Below, one piece after another: positions 1 through 10,666 of a stretch of DNA of 64,000 nucleotides; within the stretch, counting starts at the first letter, position 1; every line of letters begins with the position of its first letter. The translations under genes were made by a program, and so were the position numbers. The DNA lies in assembly GCA_963760795.1 (NCBI GenBank), contig CAVXEP010000030.1:96001-160000 (forward strand), given 5' to 3'. The notes beneath the pieces were generated by a model. It ran no database searches. It was given only the letters and a program-made list of their open reading frames with translations, and had not been told where the DNA came from. The stretch comes from an uncultured delta proteobacterium. Its GTDB lineage: Bacteria; Desulfobacterota; Binatia; UBA9968.

Positions 1-481
1 TGGCGCGTGCTTTTGCAAAGCGATCGCATTTTTAAAATCTTTCGCGCACGCTTCGCCGGCAAGTGCAGTCCGGTGCATTACTTCTGGGGGGCTCCCGATT
101 TGGCCGTCACGCGATTTTCCGGCCGGCTCGCTCCAGCGCATCCCGGCGGCGTTCCCAATCTTCCCGATCGCGTCGCTCGAGAGGCCTACTCGCACGAGGT
201 CAGTAGCTGCGGCTTCTGGCCGGGCGGCGGCGCCATCGCCTATCCCGTATACTATTCCTACGCCTATCCGGAACCGGAAGGTTTTGCGCAAAGCCCCAAT
301 CAAACCGGCGGCCGCGTTCTACAACACAGATCTCCGGGAATTCATTCTCCCCTACGATGAAGTCCGCAATGCAAACTCACCGGAAGATACGCTTCTCGAT
401 TTTCTGCAGACAACCTACGAAGCAGCGGCCGATTTGGCGCACTGGGATCGCGCATCACTGGAAGGGCTTCGCTACCTATAG
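1..481 (+). CDS. DUF5996-family protein, 5'-partial, split by one frameshift near 292
   Basis: Motifs RFAGKCSPVHYFWG, EAYSHEVSSCGFWPG and YSYAYPEP in ORF 7..360 continue as PAAAFYNTDLREFILPY...DFLQTTYEAAA in ORF 284..481. Confidence 0.75.
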   Translation, partial: GACFCKAIAFLKSFAHASPASAVRCITSGGLPIWPSRDFPAGSLQRIPAAFPIFPIASLERPTRTRSVAAASGRAAAPSPIPYTIPTPIRNRKVLRKAPIKPAAAFYNTDLREFILPYDEVRNANSPEDTLLDFLQTTYEAAADLAHWDRASLEGLRYL

Positions 482-713
482 CTAGGTGTTTCCATCACGG
501 CCACCCCAAACACAAACCCTAACCTCGGATGGTTGTGTTCGCGGCACACAATTCCGTTCTTTGAGACAATGTAGAGATACGATTCGGGCTTTCACTAAGG
601 TTTGACATCATTGGTGTTTTCCTACATGGAAGAGTTTGTAAAGACTCGTTCACGCAGGGTCCCGAGCGGGGAAAGCCTCATGGATCATGGAACAAAGAAT
701 AAGGAGAAGTGAA

Positions 714-1766
714 ATGAATCAAAAGATAAATTTATCGAGCTCGATCGGATCCGCAACCTTTATGTGGGCGATTGCCTTGGCTCTCATTGTCTGCGGCGCT
801 TCTGCCAGGTAAGGTTTTCGCGGCTGCAGCAGATTCTCTCGATCAACTTTATGAGAAAGCAAAAAAGGAAGGAAAGGTTACGCTTTATGCGCCGCTATCC
901 CCTACGCGATGACGGTTATTCCGCCTGCGTTCATGAAGCGCTTTCCCGGCGTGACGGTCGATCATATCGACGCCACGAGCGATAAGCTGATCGCGCGAGT
1001 GCTCGCCGAGCAGAAGGGAGGACGCGTCATTGCCGACGTCATAAGCGGAGCGCTGACCTATTTGCCGCAGATTCTGGACCTGAAAATCGTCGAGCACGTC
1101 GTCATACCCGAGGCAGCGGCGTATCCGGCCCAGTTGAAAGGCGACCTTTGGGTGGCAACGGACACGCAATACTATATTGCCGGATGGAACACCAATCTCG
1201 TCAAGAAAGGCGACGAGCCAAAAAGTTACGAGGAACTCGCCAACGCTAAATGGAAAGATAACATCATGGGCGAGCCGCGCGATTACCAAATGCTGGTCGG
1301 ATTTGCCAAACGAAAATTCAATAGCGATGAAAAGGCGATCGATCTGTTCAAGAAAATCGCCGCCAATCAAGTGGAGTTTCATCGGGGCCATTCGCAGTTG
1401 ACCGAGTTCCTCATGGCCGGTCAGCGCGCCGTTTGCTTTACTTGCTACTCGCACCATTTTCCTGTGCGCATGAAAAAAGGCGCGCCGATTCAACCGCTAA
1501 TGACCGAAGGTGTGGGCGAAGTGGGCGGCTCTGTAATGGTAATGAAGGGAGCACCCCATCCAAACGCGGCACTACTCTACGTTCGTTGGGCCGTCAGTGA
1601 AGAAGGACAGAAGGCTTACGCTCAAGCGGGTGAAACTCCTGCTCATCCCAAAGTGGAACCCTTGGAAAAAATCCGGCCTACGACGCCTTACATGCTGACC
1701 ATCGACGACGTCAGAGAGTTTCCGAAGTATGAGAAAACGTGGAAGGAAATCTTTCAGATCCGCTGA
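714..1766 (+). CDS. ABC transporter extracellular solute-binding protein (Fe3+/polyamine/thiamine-type), with two apparent indels near 795 and 903
   Basis: AAGGAG at 701-706 then ATG 714 and a signal peptide; an offset frame reads LYEKAKKEGKVTLY; ORF 909..1766 has WNTNLV and APHPNAALLYVRWAVSEEGQ. Confidence 0.8.
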
Positions 1767-2124
1767 AATTCGGGAGCGGCCTTCCAGCTGACCGGCCGCG
1801 GCAACATGCGAAAGAAAAGAATTTTCAACGCCGCTGACGGCGATCGGTAGGTGATCCCATACGACAAGGAAGAGAATAAAGCGTTTGCTAACAAGGCCCA
1901 GGGAATTATCAGATTGCGCTTACGCACGCAGTTGTCGAGAAGTGAAGATCTGACGCTGCGATCAGGATCAACGTCTGGAGCGATATCAAAGGTAAAGATT
2001 TAACCCTAGGTGCCGACGTTGATTGTGCTTGACGCTGCACATTGACTCTACTATCGTCCGAGCAAACGCAGCTATGGAAAGTTTCCGGCACTGCGGCGCA
2101 CACAAACCAACTTACCGGGGGTCC

Positions 2125-3126
2125 ATGATGTTCTGCCCGCGATCCCTATCCGGCAGCAAAAAATTGCCGGTTCTTGGATGCAGCTTTCTGCTGCTGATTG
2201 TTTTAGCCCTGCCGAGTTTTGCCGCGGATAAAGTCAGAGTGGCGTTCTCGGCGGTTTCGCCGACCCAAGGGGTGTTGTGGGTTGCGGACGTCGGAGGGCT
2301 TTTGACCAAGAACGGCATCAGCGCAGAAATTGTTTACACACGCGCGGCGATCGAAACCTTGGTGGCGGGCGAGGTTGATTTCGGCCAGATGACAGGCTCC
2401 CTCATGTCCTCCGCCAGGCTGCAAGGAGCCGATCCGGTGATGATTGCCGGCGTGCAAGACATCCTCGACGACCGGCTGGTGGCGCGTCCCAATATCAAAT
2501 CCATGGAAGATCTCAGGGGAAAACGGATTGGCGTTTTCCGCTTCGGCGCAGCCTCGCATTTGCGTTTGATCTACGTGCTGCCGCGCTACGGCTTGAGCGA
2601 GCGGGACGTCACGCTGCTCCAGGTCGGCGATAGTCCGGAACGACTGATGGCGATATCCGGCGGTTCCATCGACGCCACGCTTATCTCGCCTCCCGACCAT
2701 TTGGAAGCGCTGCGCGCCGGCATGAAGATCTTGCTCAATCTGCGCGATTTGAACATTGCGTATCAAGGCAGCGGGCTGGTCACGACCCAGCGGGTGCTGG
2801 CGCGCAAGCGCGATCTCGTGCGGCGTTTTCTCAAGTCCTACGTCGAGGCGATCCACCTGGTGAAGACCAATCCCAACATCTCCAAAAAGGCTTTCGCAAA
2901 ATACCGGCAAACCAAAGACGACAAGCGCGTCGACGACGCCTACCAAGCTCTGCGCGAGGTCGTCAAACCCAAGCCTTATCCGTCGATCGAGGGATTCAGG
3001 ACGATCATTAATGATGCCAGCGAACGGATACCCGCGGCGAAGACGGCGAACCCGAAGGATTTTATCGACGTGAGTTTGCTGGAAGAGTTGGACAAATCCG
3101 GATTTATCGATGCGCTCTATCGGTGA
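2125..3126 (+). CDS. ABC transporter substrate-binding protein, NMT1/THI5/SsuA family
   Basis: Signal peptide; IKSMEDLRGKRIGV; C-terminal FIDVSLLEELDKSGFIDALY. Confidence 0.85.
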   Translation: MMFCPRSLSGSKKLPVLGCSFLLLIVLALPSFAADKVRVAFSAVSPTQGVLWVADVGGLLTKNGISAEIVYTRAAIETLVAGEVDFGQMTGSLMSSARLQGADPVMIAGVQDILDDRLVARPNIKSMEDLRGKRIGVFRFGAASHLRLIYVLPRYGLSERDVTLLQVGDSPERLMAISGGSIDATLISPPDHLEALRAGMKILLNLRDLNIAYQGSGLVTTQRVLARKRDLVRRFLKSYVEAIHLVKTNPNISKKAFAKYRQTKDDKRVDDAYQALREVVKPKPYPSIEGFRTIINDASERIPAAKTANPKDFIDVSLLEELDKSGFIDALYR

Positions 3127-3178
3127 CGGCACCAAGCCGCGATGCATAGCATGCTTGACTGCAGCGCGATCCTTTAGC

Positions 3179-4366
3179 TCAATTCCACAATTGTTTGGTC
3201 GCCAAGCGGGCGCCTTCTGCCAACGCGGCAAACTTTAGCCAGGCCACGCTGGGATGGGTATCGTTGAACCGCAGGGCGGAAGCGGCAAAGCCGCAGTCGG
3301 CGCCGGCGATGACGTTTTCGCGCCCGACCAGCTTGGCGAACCGCACGATCCGTTCGGCGACCAATTCCGGGTGTTCCACTAAATTTGTCGTGTGGCTGAT
3401 CACACCGGGTATGAGGATTTTTTCGGCGGGCAGCTTGACCCGCTCAAAGACATGGTATTCATGTTCGTGCCGCGGGTTGGCCGCTTCGAACGAATAGGCG
3501 CCGGCGTTGATCTTCAGAAGGATGTCGACGATATCCCTCAAGTCCATTTCGTGAATGCGCGGACCGACATCGATCGAGTAGCAGGTGTGAAAGCGGACCT
3601 TCTCGGGCGCGATGCCGCGCAGCGAGTAGTTGATCGCTTCGACACGCTTTTCCGCCCACTTCCGGCAGTCTTCGATGCTTAACTCCGGATGCATCATATA
3701 GTAGGTGACCAGGCGCGGATCGTCGATCTGGAGAACAAATCCGGCGTCGACAATCGCTTGGTATTCTTCGCGCAGCGCGTCGGACACCGCCAGCTCGTAC
3801 TCCTCGAGGGTGCGGTAGTATTCATTGGCAAACGTAGACGCGACATAGGACGAAGCGATCGCTGGAACAAACACGTCCTCATGAGCGCGGCCGGCAACCG
3901 CCGCTTTGAGATTGGCGATATCGGTCTGGACCGCCGCCCGGCCTTTATAGCTGACCGGCCCGGTGCAGATATCGGCGTCACTGCCGCGCCCGCTGCGCCC
4001 GCCAAACGGTGCGGCGATGCGCTCGGACCAGGCGTAGTAGTCGGGAAAAGCGAGATACTCCCGGCCCGCCGAGCGCGGCCGCATCTCCTTGCCCGGAGCG
4101 GGCGGCTTGCGCTCGAAGCCGTTGAATCGTTCGATGACATAAGTGAAGAAGCCCGATTTGCCCTGCTCGCCGTCAGTGACGATATCGACGCCCGCTTCGA
4201 CCTGCTGCCGTACCACGCACGCGACCGCCTCACACACCTGCCGCGCAAGCTCTTCGCGGTCATAGGGCTGACCTTGTTCCTTGAGTCGAAGCAGCGACAA
4301 CAGGCCGTCTGTTCGGGCCAGGCTACCCACGTGGGTCGTGAGAATTCTTTGCGTGCTGTGCTTCAT
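3179..4366 (-). CDS. Cobalamin-independent methionine synthase II family protein (MetE C-terminal-like)
   Basis: ILTTHVGSL, GVDIVTDGE, Zn ligands in FHTCY and GADCGF, VEHPELVAERI. Confidence 0.9.
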   Translation of the reverse strand: MKHSTQRILTTHVGSLARTDGLLSLLRLKEQGQPYDREELARQVCEAVACVVRQQVEAGVDIVTDGEQGKSGFFTYVIERFNGFERKPPAPGKEMRPRSAGREYLAFPDYYAWSERIAAPFGGRSGRGSDADICTGPVSYKGRAAVQTDIANLKAAVAGRAHEDVFVPAIASSYVASTFANEYYRTLEEYELAVSDALREEYQAIVDAGFVLQIDDPRLVTYYMMHPELSIEDCRKWAEKRVEAINYSLRGIAPEKVRFHTCYSIDVGPRIHEMDLRDIVDILLKINAGAYSFEAANPRHEHEYHVFERVKLPAEKILIPGVISHTTNLVEHPELVAERIVRFAKLVGRENVIAGADCGFAASALRFNDTHPSVAWLKFAALAEGARLATKQLWN

Positions 4367-4646
4367 GGTATTTCCCTTTTCTTGGTTGGCTGAGGCTGAA
4401 ACCGCGCACCGTCGCCGCCGGACATTTGCGCTGGAACTTAGCCGCATAGGCTAGGTTGTGTCAACTCGCAATCGAGAATGGTTTGCAGAGCAATGGAGCC
4501 TGCTCGGAACAGTGCACCGGGCGCAGGCTTTGCTCATTTGCTTAACGCTCTCAAGCCTCAAACGCACTCCGCTACTTCAACGAGATGTCCGTGGCGAAAA
4601 CAGACGGGCCGCAGCTGTCCAACGGCTTTTGTTAACTTGACGACTT

Positions 4647-4892
4647 CGGCCTAGGCGGGCGATTACACCCGCAGATCGCGTGGGCGACGTTACGTGTCCT
4701 GCGCGAGGGCGCGGCGATGGCGACCAAAAAGTTGTCGAACTGGAAGCAAGAACGGGGCTGGACGATTGTTAAGATTGAATGGCCTAAGCCCAGTTTTTTT
4801 CCACCCATTCAGTTGATCACGTCAGTCCTCTTATCCCGCTGCGCCAGCTTGGTTTTCAAATGGTATAAGTTAACGGCTTGACCATCTCGGCC
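4647..4892 (+). repeat. Dispersed repeat family A, copy 1
   Basis: 4706-4892 aligns by eye with 5311-5495; the 5' part aligns with 11517-11625 and 25824-25975. Confidence 0.8.
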
Positions 4893-4957
4893 TTCCACTC
4901 GGCTTTCAAGACCTGACATTGAAGAGTTGCTAGCCGGAGCCGACTTGCCGTTCCTCA

Positions 4958-5125
4958 TCACTTCGCCTCACTGATTTCGAATCCCAAGCTGCGTAGCAAC
5001 GTGACTGTTTCTTCTTCGGTCAGGGTGCGCCCAACATTCTCGTGCGCTCTGATCAGATGCGGCATCATCTCGGGCTTGAGCACCATCCAAGCCGGCACCT
5101 TGGCAATTGTGACACCCTCTTCCAT
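4958..5125 (-). CDS. 55-aa small hypothetical protein (MEEGVTIAKVPAWMVLKPEMMPHLIRAHENVGRTLTEEETVTLLRSLGFEISEAK)
   Basis: Translated by hand (below the ORF-track cutoff); GGAGGT 6 nt upstream of the ATG; tandem TGA TGA stop. Confidence 0.55.
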   Translation of the reverse strand: MEEGVTIAKVPAWMVLKPEMMPHLIRAHENVGRTLTEEETVTLLRSLGFEISEAK

Positions 5126-5310
5126 TTTCGCACCTCCGATCTCGGCCCAACCGATAAACTTTCCATTTGTCGCACGGCTAAGTGTTTAAACTCAGCGCTA
5201 AATGGCTTCTGCTTTCCGATCAAACGCCTCTCCCGGACTCTTAGGCCGTTTCATGGTGTCCGTCAAATCCGGGCTACCTCAGATCTTTGGTTTTGCTTTT
5301 AGATCGACAT

Positions 5311-5495
5311 AGGGCGCGGCAATCGCGAGCAAACAGTGTGGAGCTGAGAGCAAGAAAGGAGCTGGACGATTGTCGAGATTGAAAGGCCTGGGCGCAGATT
5401 TTTACCACCCATTCAGTTGATCATGTCAGTCCCTTTATTCCGGTGCGCCGGCTTGGTTTTCAAATGGTATAAATTAAAGGCTAGACCCTCTCGGC
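5311..5495 (+). repeat. Dispersed repeat family A, copy 2
   Basis: Shares CCACCCATTCAGTTGATCAYGTCAGTCC and GCTTGGTTTTCAAATGGTATAA with 4801-4868. Confidence 0.8.
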
Positions 5496-5517
5496 TCTGT
5501 TTCGCCCTTGACCTCAC

Positions 5518-5901
5518 CTATTCGGGTTTGCAGGCCGTAACGGTTATTTCCACAAGCAGTTCGGGGAAGTTCAACATCGCTGCCACCGTGGTCCGGGCTG
5601 GTTTGTTGGTCGGGAAAAACTTGGCGTATTCTTCATTGTAAGCTGCAAGGTCCTCACGTTTGGTCAGATGCGTCAATACCGTCAGAACATTGTCGAGAGA
5701 GGTACCCGCGGTTTCCAAAATCATCTTGATACGTTCGATGGCGTACCGAGTCTGCTCGCGAATGTCTCTGCCGACCTCCCCGGTAATTGGGTGCCGGCCG
5801 GTCTGACCGGCCACGAACACCAGATTGCCAAAACATGTGGCTGGGGAGAGGTTCGGATTCCCCGCAGCAAGATTCACCTGAACAATTTCTTTCTTAGCCA
5901 T
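5518..5901 (-). CDS. RidA/YjgF/UK114 family protein
   Basis: GNLVFVAGQ, ILETAGTSLDNV, YAKFFPTNKPARTTV, LVEITVTA; AGGAG RBS before MAKKE. Confidence 0.9.
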   Translation of the reverse strand: MAKKEIVQVNLAAGNPNLSPATCFGNLVFVAGQTGRHPITGEVGRDIREQTRYAIERIKMILETAGTSLDNVLTVLTHLTKREDLAAYNEEYAKFFPTNKPARTTVAAMLNFPELLVEITVTACKPE

Positions 5902-6178
5902 CGGATCTCCTTCAAGAGAAACGCTTCTAATCTTGATGGGTCGGAAAATAGCGCCGGGAGTCTTTTTGCTGTCCGATACTAACAGCAAATTTTTCCGACC
6001 GGTAATCAGAAACGCCAAGATTCAATACTTAACTTGGATTTCCCCTCAAGACGCACCGCAAGCGCAGACGGCTTGTGTTTGAATCCTGCAATGCGTTACA
6101 AGGCGAACCATGGAGAGTAATCCATGAACCGTTTGTTGCTAGTGACGGTCGCGCCGCCGCGCTGAGGGAAGGTCTGCT

Positions 6179-7237
6179 ATGGGAGCGAAACACTTGATCA
6201 TGCGCTTTTGCTTCACGGTAGTTGCGGTTTTAGCCGCTCTTGCCGACGGCGCTTTGGCGCAGGCTCCCTTTTATCAAGGTAAGACCTTAGTGATTGTCGT
6301 GGGCACCGCCCCCGGAGGAGCGGGAGACCACCGCACAAGGGCCCTGGTTCCTTCTTTGCGGAAATACATCCCCGGAAATCCGACGATCGTGCTCGAGCAC
6401 AAGGCCGGCGGTGGCGGTCGACAGGCAGCCAATCATGTCTACCAGGTCGCGAAGCCGGACGGATTGACCTTAGGAGCCTTGAGCGGCAGCATCGTCGCGC
6501 TAAACGTCCTCGGCGCGACCGGTGTCATGTACGACATCGACAAGTTTATCTACCTCGGTGCGTCCGAAAGCACGTCGCATCAGATCCTGTACACAAGAAA
6601 GGAACTTGCTCTGACCAATCCCGAGAAGCTTCGAGCGGCTTCCGGCATCAGGATCGGCGCCCAGGCGGTAGGACACCCAAACTATATAGCTGGGCGGCTT
6701 TTTGCCTATTTTCTCGGTTTCAAGGAACCGAAGTTTATCGTCGGCTACACAACTCCGGAGATCGAGGTAGCTCTATTACGCGGGGAGCTCGATGGCAGGG
6801 CGAATAATGTCGCACAGCTACTACACCGCAACCCGGATTGGGTGGAGAAAAGCGTGATGAATATCCATGCTATGTTGGAGATTCCGAAAGGAGCCAAGCA
6901 TCCGCGCTTCGGTCGCGTCCCCGAGATCGAAAGTTTTGCAAAATCTGAAAATGAGGCCAAGCTCCTCACTATGTACCGGACCTTGAGACTTGTCGGCGTG
7001 CCTTACGCTTTGCCCCCGGGAACGCCGAAGGACAGGGTCATGATTCTCCAGGATGCCATGCGCAAGGCTTTCAAAGACGCCGATTTTCACCGCGAATACG
7101 AAAAGCTTACCGGGGAAGAACCCGATCCGCTCATGCCGGAAGAGATGGAGAAAGCGATCAGGGAAATGCCGCGTGACGCCGAGGTGATCGATCTGCTAAA
7201 AAAACTTTCCGGCGAGGGCTCGCTTCCCGCGCGATAA
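6179..7237 (+). CDS. Tripartite tricarboxylate transporter substrate-binding protein (Bug/TctC family)
   Basis: FYQGKTLVIVVGTAPGG, KYIPGNPTIV, KPDGLT, PPGTPKDRVMILQDAM. Confidence 0.85.
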   Translation: MGAKHLIMRFCFTVVAVLAALADGALAQAPFYQGKTLVIVVGTAPGGAGDHRTRALVPSLRKYIPGNPTIVLEHKAGGGGRQAANHVYQVAKPDGLTLGALSGSIVALNVLGATGVMYDIDKFIYLGASESTSHQILYTRKELALTNPEKLRAASGIRIGAQAVGHPNYIAGRLFAYFLGFKEPKFIVGYTTPEIEVALLRGELDGRANNVAQLLHRNPDWVEKSVMNIHAMLEIPKGAKHPRFGRVPEIESFAKSENEAKLLTMYRTLRLVGVPYALPPGTPKDRVMILQDAMRKAFKDADFHREYEKLTGEEPDPLMPEEMEKAIREMPRDAEVIDLLKKLSGEGSLPAR

Positions 7238-7282
7238 TGTGGCCCTCACAGTGCAGCCTTTTTCCGGACGTGACCGGCACGC

Positions 7283-7308
7283 TGAACTTTGAACGTTGAA
7301 CCTCGAAC
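7283..7308 (+). repeat. Tandem heptamer array (TGAACNT)x3.7
   Basis: TGAACTT TGAACGT TGAACCT CGAAC. Confidence 0.6.
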
Positions 7309-7461
7309 AGGCTAAAAGGCATCTGGTCGCCCCGCGAAGACAGCGGATCATTGACGCAACAAACACTCCTATATCGACGAGAAATGCGTCTTCTATGAAG
7401 CGGAAAAGAAATGCGTGGAATGGGACAAGTTGATACAGCATCGGGACGGGAGGAACTCGCT

Positions 7462-8439
7462 ATGATCCGATTCGCGTCCGTAATTTGCACCATAGTTTGG
7501 CTTCTCGTCTACTCAACCGGCGTTGTGCGCGGCGCGGAGCGGAGCCGGGATCAGCCGCAAACAGTCCGGATTGCCTATGTCTCCCCGGTAACCACGATGG
7601 CGCCGATCTGGATCGCCAGCGAGATCGGCGCCTACCAGCGCGAGGGCCTGGACGCAAGGATCATCTACATCGACGCTAGAGTCGCCGTGGCCGCGCTGGT
7701 CGCGGGCGAGGTGGACACCGTAGTGATCTCCGCGCCGTCCGTGATACCGCCCGTCTTGAGCGGGGCCAACATCGCTTTTATCGCCGGGCTCCACAACAAG
7801 ATGATCTTCTCCTTCCATGCGCAGCCCGACATCCAGAGCCCAGCCCAACTTCGCGGCAAGATCGTCGGTTCCAATCGGCCGGGAACACCGGCCGATTACG
7901 GCAACCGAGTCGCGCTGACAAAAATGGGCTTGAAGCCCACCGACGTGCAACTCCTGCCGCTGGGAAGTTCGGCAGTCATGTGGCAGGCACTGCAAACGCG
8001 CCAGGTCGCCGGCGTGACGCTGGCTCCGCCTTACAGCTTTAGGGCGGACGCTGAAAAATTTTCACGCCTGATCGATACCTACGATAAACCCTACCAGAAC
8101 ACCGGCGTTGTGGTTCGCAGAGACCGAATCCATTCCATGGCCGACACGTGGCTGCGCTTGCTGAGAGCCCTGCGCCAGGCAAATCTACGCTGGTACGAAG
8201 ATCCGAAGCTCGCCATGTTCGTGCTGAAGAAGTACACCCAGCAATCCGATCCCGACGTGCTCCAGAAAACCTACGATTTTGAGACCAACCCACCGGGCTT
8301 TACCAAGGATCTCAAGGTATCCGACGCCGGCCTTCAAGGCATCCTCGATTTTCTATCAGCGACCGTTCGCCCGGAGGCGGCAAAAGCTTCGCCAAAAGAA
8401 TTCTACGATACAACCATATGGGACCGGCTGGAAAAATAA
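7462..8439 (+). CDS. ABC transporter substrate-binding protein, NMT1/THI5 family
   Basis: GGAGG RBS, signal peptide, VAALVAGEVD, QLRGKIVG. Confidence 0.85.
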   Translation: MIRFASVICTIVWLLVYSTGVVRGAERSRDQPQTVRIAYVSPVTTMAPIWIASEIGAYQREGLDARIIYIDARVAVAALVAGEVDTVVISAPSVIPPVLSGANIAFIAGLHNKMIFSFHAQPDIQSPAQLRGKIVGSNRPGTPADYGNRVALTKMGLKPTDVQLLPLGSSAVMWQALQTRQVAGVTLAPPYSFRADAEKFSRLIDTYDKPYQNTGVVVRRDRIHSMADTWLRLLRALRQANLRWYEDPKLAMFVLKKYTQQSDPDVLQKTYDFETNPPGFTKDLKVSDAGLQGILDFLSATVRPEAAKASPKEFYDTTIWDRLEK

Positions 8440-8588
8440 ACGATTTAAAAGGCGGTAACCCGCTGCCTGAGGATGGTTCAGAATCCGTTCTGATGCATGG
8501 TCATGAGCAAAAGCCACAGTGTCAGCCATTGATTGTTTGCTTATGGTCAAAGACTAGCCCAAACGTTATTGCCCGAAGGTAATAAACA

Positions 8589-9659
8589 ATGAAGATCAAA
8601 GCAGTGATTCGGATCGTTATTCCAGCCCTATTTATGGCGGTGACGCTTTCACCTATTCATGCACAAACAGCAGGGGAAATTCTCAAAGCTTACGACGCTT
8701 TAAAAAAGCCGGAGCGAAAAAACCGGCTTATCGAAGGAGCGAAGAAAGAAGCGCGGCTCGTCGTTTACGGTACACTAGGCATCGATGCGGCTCGGCCGAT
8801 GCTGGAAAAGTTCCGTCAAGCCCACCCGTATATCTCGATCGGCCACTATCGCTCGGGCTCAACCGGTGTCTATAACCGGGTGGTCAACGAAGGACGGGCG
8901 GCAAAACAGGAAGTGGATATCATCGAGCTGTCAGCCGGGCCGGTTGCCGATCTCATTCGCGGCGGCTTTGTCGATCCTTATCGCTCCCCGGAAACAGACG
9001 CGATGCGTCCCGAATTCATCGATCCGCGACATCTCTGGAGCGCGTACCATTACCTGGTCGTGGGGCTCGCCTACAACAAGAACCTGGTCAAAACCAGCGA
9101 GGTGCCGAAGACCTATCAAGATCTTCTGCTGCCGCGCTGGCGCGGCCGCAAGATGTCCCTCGAGAAAGACGCCGGCGATGTCTTCGGCGGGTTACTCGAC
9201 AGTTGGGGAGAAAAACAAGGAATCGAGTACTTCCGCAGGTTGGCCAAACAGGATGTTCTGATTCGCAGCGGCTATACGCTCCAGGCGCAGCTCCTCGCCG
9301 CCGGAGAAGTTGAACTCGTGCCGTGGTCTCACTCGCAAAGGCCGCTGTTGATGGCCGATTCCGGAGCGCCACTGGGCATCGGATTTTTGGAACCGGTACT
9401 CTCCAAAGCCCAAGTGCTGTTGCTGGCGCGTCGCGCGCCTCATCCGCACGCCGCGGCGCTTTTCATCGACTGGGCCCTCTCGGAGGAGGGTCAGGCATTT
9501 GTCGGCATCGACATCGTGCGCAGCCCTGTGCGAATTGGCCAAAAGCAGAAATATGTAGAACTGGGGCGACCGAAAACCAAAGTCATCACACCGGAATTTC
9601 TCGGCCAAAACTACGAACGCTACACAAAATTGTATCACGAGATTTTCAACACCCAATGA
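8589..9659 (+). CDS. ABC transporter extracellular solute-binding protein (Fe3+/thiamine-type)
   Basis: Signal peptide; LIEGAKKE, AYNKNLV, APHPHAAALFIDWALSEEGQ. Confidence 0.85.
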   Translation: MKIKAVIRIVIPALFMAVTLSPIHAQTAGEILKAYDALKKPERKNRLIEGAKKEARLVVYGTLGIDAARPMLEKFRQAHPYISIGHYRSGSTGVYNRVVNEGRAAKQEVDIIELSAGPVADLIRGGFVDPYRSPETDAMRPEFIDPRHLWSAYHYLVVGLAYNKNLVKTSEVPKTYQDLLLPRWRGRKMSLEKDAGDVFGGLLDSWGEKQGIEYFRRLAKQDVLIRSGYTLQAQLLAAGEVELVPWSHSQRPLLMADSGAPLGIGFLEPVLSKAQVLLLARRAPHPHAAALFIDWALSEEGQAFVGIDIVRSPVRIGQKQKYVELGRPKTKVITPEFLGQNYERYTKLYHEIFNTQ

Positions 9660-9811
9660 TGCGTGCCGTGAAAGCCAAAAAAATCCAGGAGTTCAAATCA
9701 TTCCAGCCATTCAAAACGACTAAAGCCGATGAGCACGTTCAATGTTCAAATTGAAAATGCCTTGCTTCTGATTTTTTACTTGAATGCGCGCCATGTGCCT
9801 GCGCTGCCATG

Positions 9812-10666
9812 TCACATCCGCAGTTTCTTGATCAGATAAGCCGTGGCCTTCAGGAAGGTGATAAACGCGCCTAACGTCAATGTCGCGGGAAGAGCGACGA
9901 AAAAAATCTGTCCTAGTGCGGCGGCAGGTGTCGGTCCCGTAGTCGCGCCGCCGACAACCGCCGCCGCGACAAGAGCTAACGACACGACCGCCGAAATTGC
10001 ATAGATGCCGATGGCCCTGCGCAGAATGGGAGCGGAATGGGATAGCCCGAAGCGGCCGACCTCGAAGCCGCACCACAGCATGACCGGGGTAGTGCAAATG
10101 GCAGCCAGTACGAAGGCTTGCAGGATCGAGTACAGGTGCGGGGTCGAAGCAGAGCCATTTCTCACTGCATAGAGCCAGGCGAGAGCGGGAGCGCATATCG
10201 CTGCCAAAAAGCCTGCAAGTAGCAGCGACTTTGCGATGAAAGGAACAGCCGGTCGTCCTCGCGAGGCTGTGGGGGTTTTTAGGATTTTGTCGATTTGATC
10301 CAGGATCACTGTGAACTTCGGGTCGTCGGCCCGACCGGACCACGAAGATAGATCGAAAGTTTGCAACCCGCCGAATCCGAGCGGCAGATCGGTGTCATCC
10401 ATGCGAATCGGCAGCAATATGCCTCGCGACACTGCGCGCTCCGATTCATCGATGACATATCGACTCTGTTTCGAGCGCGCCGACCAAACAACGATCGCTA
10501 CCTGAGCGAGCGTCAGCCGCGCAAGAATCTGATCGCGGTAGGGACCGGCATCGAGATCGCGGTCAAACCAGACATCATGACCCGCCAAGGTTAGGCTCCC
10601 GGCGAGGCGGTCAACAAAATTGCGATCGTTGCTCGCGTAACTGATGAATAGCTGGGCCACGTTCAC
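9812..10666 (-). CDS. TIR-domain protein (TIR_2-like) with four C-terminal transmembrane helices
   Basis: LFISYASNDR, VWFD, IVVWS, SRYVIDE (catalytic-position Glu), LLPIRMDDTDLPLGF; four hydrophobic segments in the C-terminal half. Confidence 0.85.
   Translation of the reverse strand: MNVAQLFISYASNDRNFVDRLAGSLTLAGHDVWFDRDLDAGPYRDQILARLTLAQVAIVVWSARSKQSRYVIDESERAVSRGILLPIRMDDTDLPLGFGGLQTFDLSSWSGRADDPKFTVILDQIDKILKTPTASRGRPAVPFIAKSLLLAGFLAAICAPALAWLYAVRNGSASTPHLYSILQAFVLAAICTTPVMLWCGFEVGRFGLSHSAPILRRAIGIYAISAVVSLALVAAAVVGGATTGPTPAAALGQIFFVALPATLTLGAFITFLKATAYLIKKLRM

Noticed and set aside
4540-4637. Possible integron attC site (GCTTAAC ... GTTAACT)
   Set aside because: The right core does not fit GTTRRRY, internal complementarity is poor, and there is no integrase or regular cassette array.
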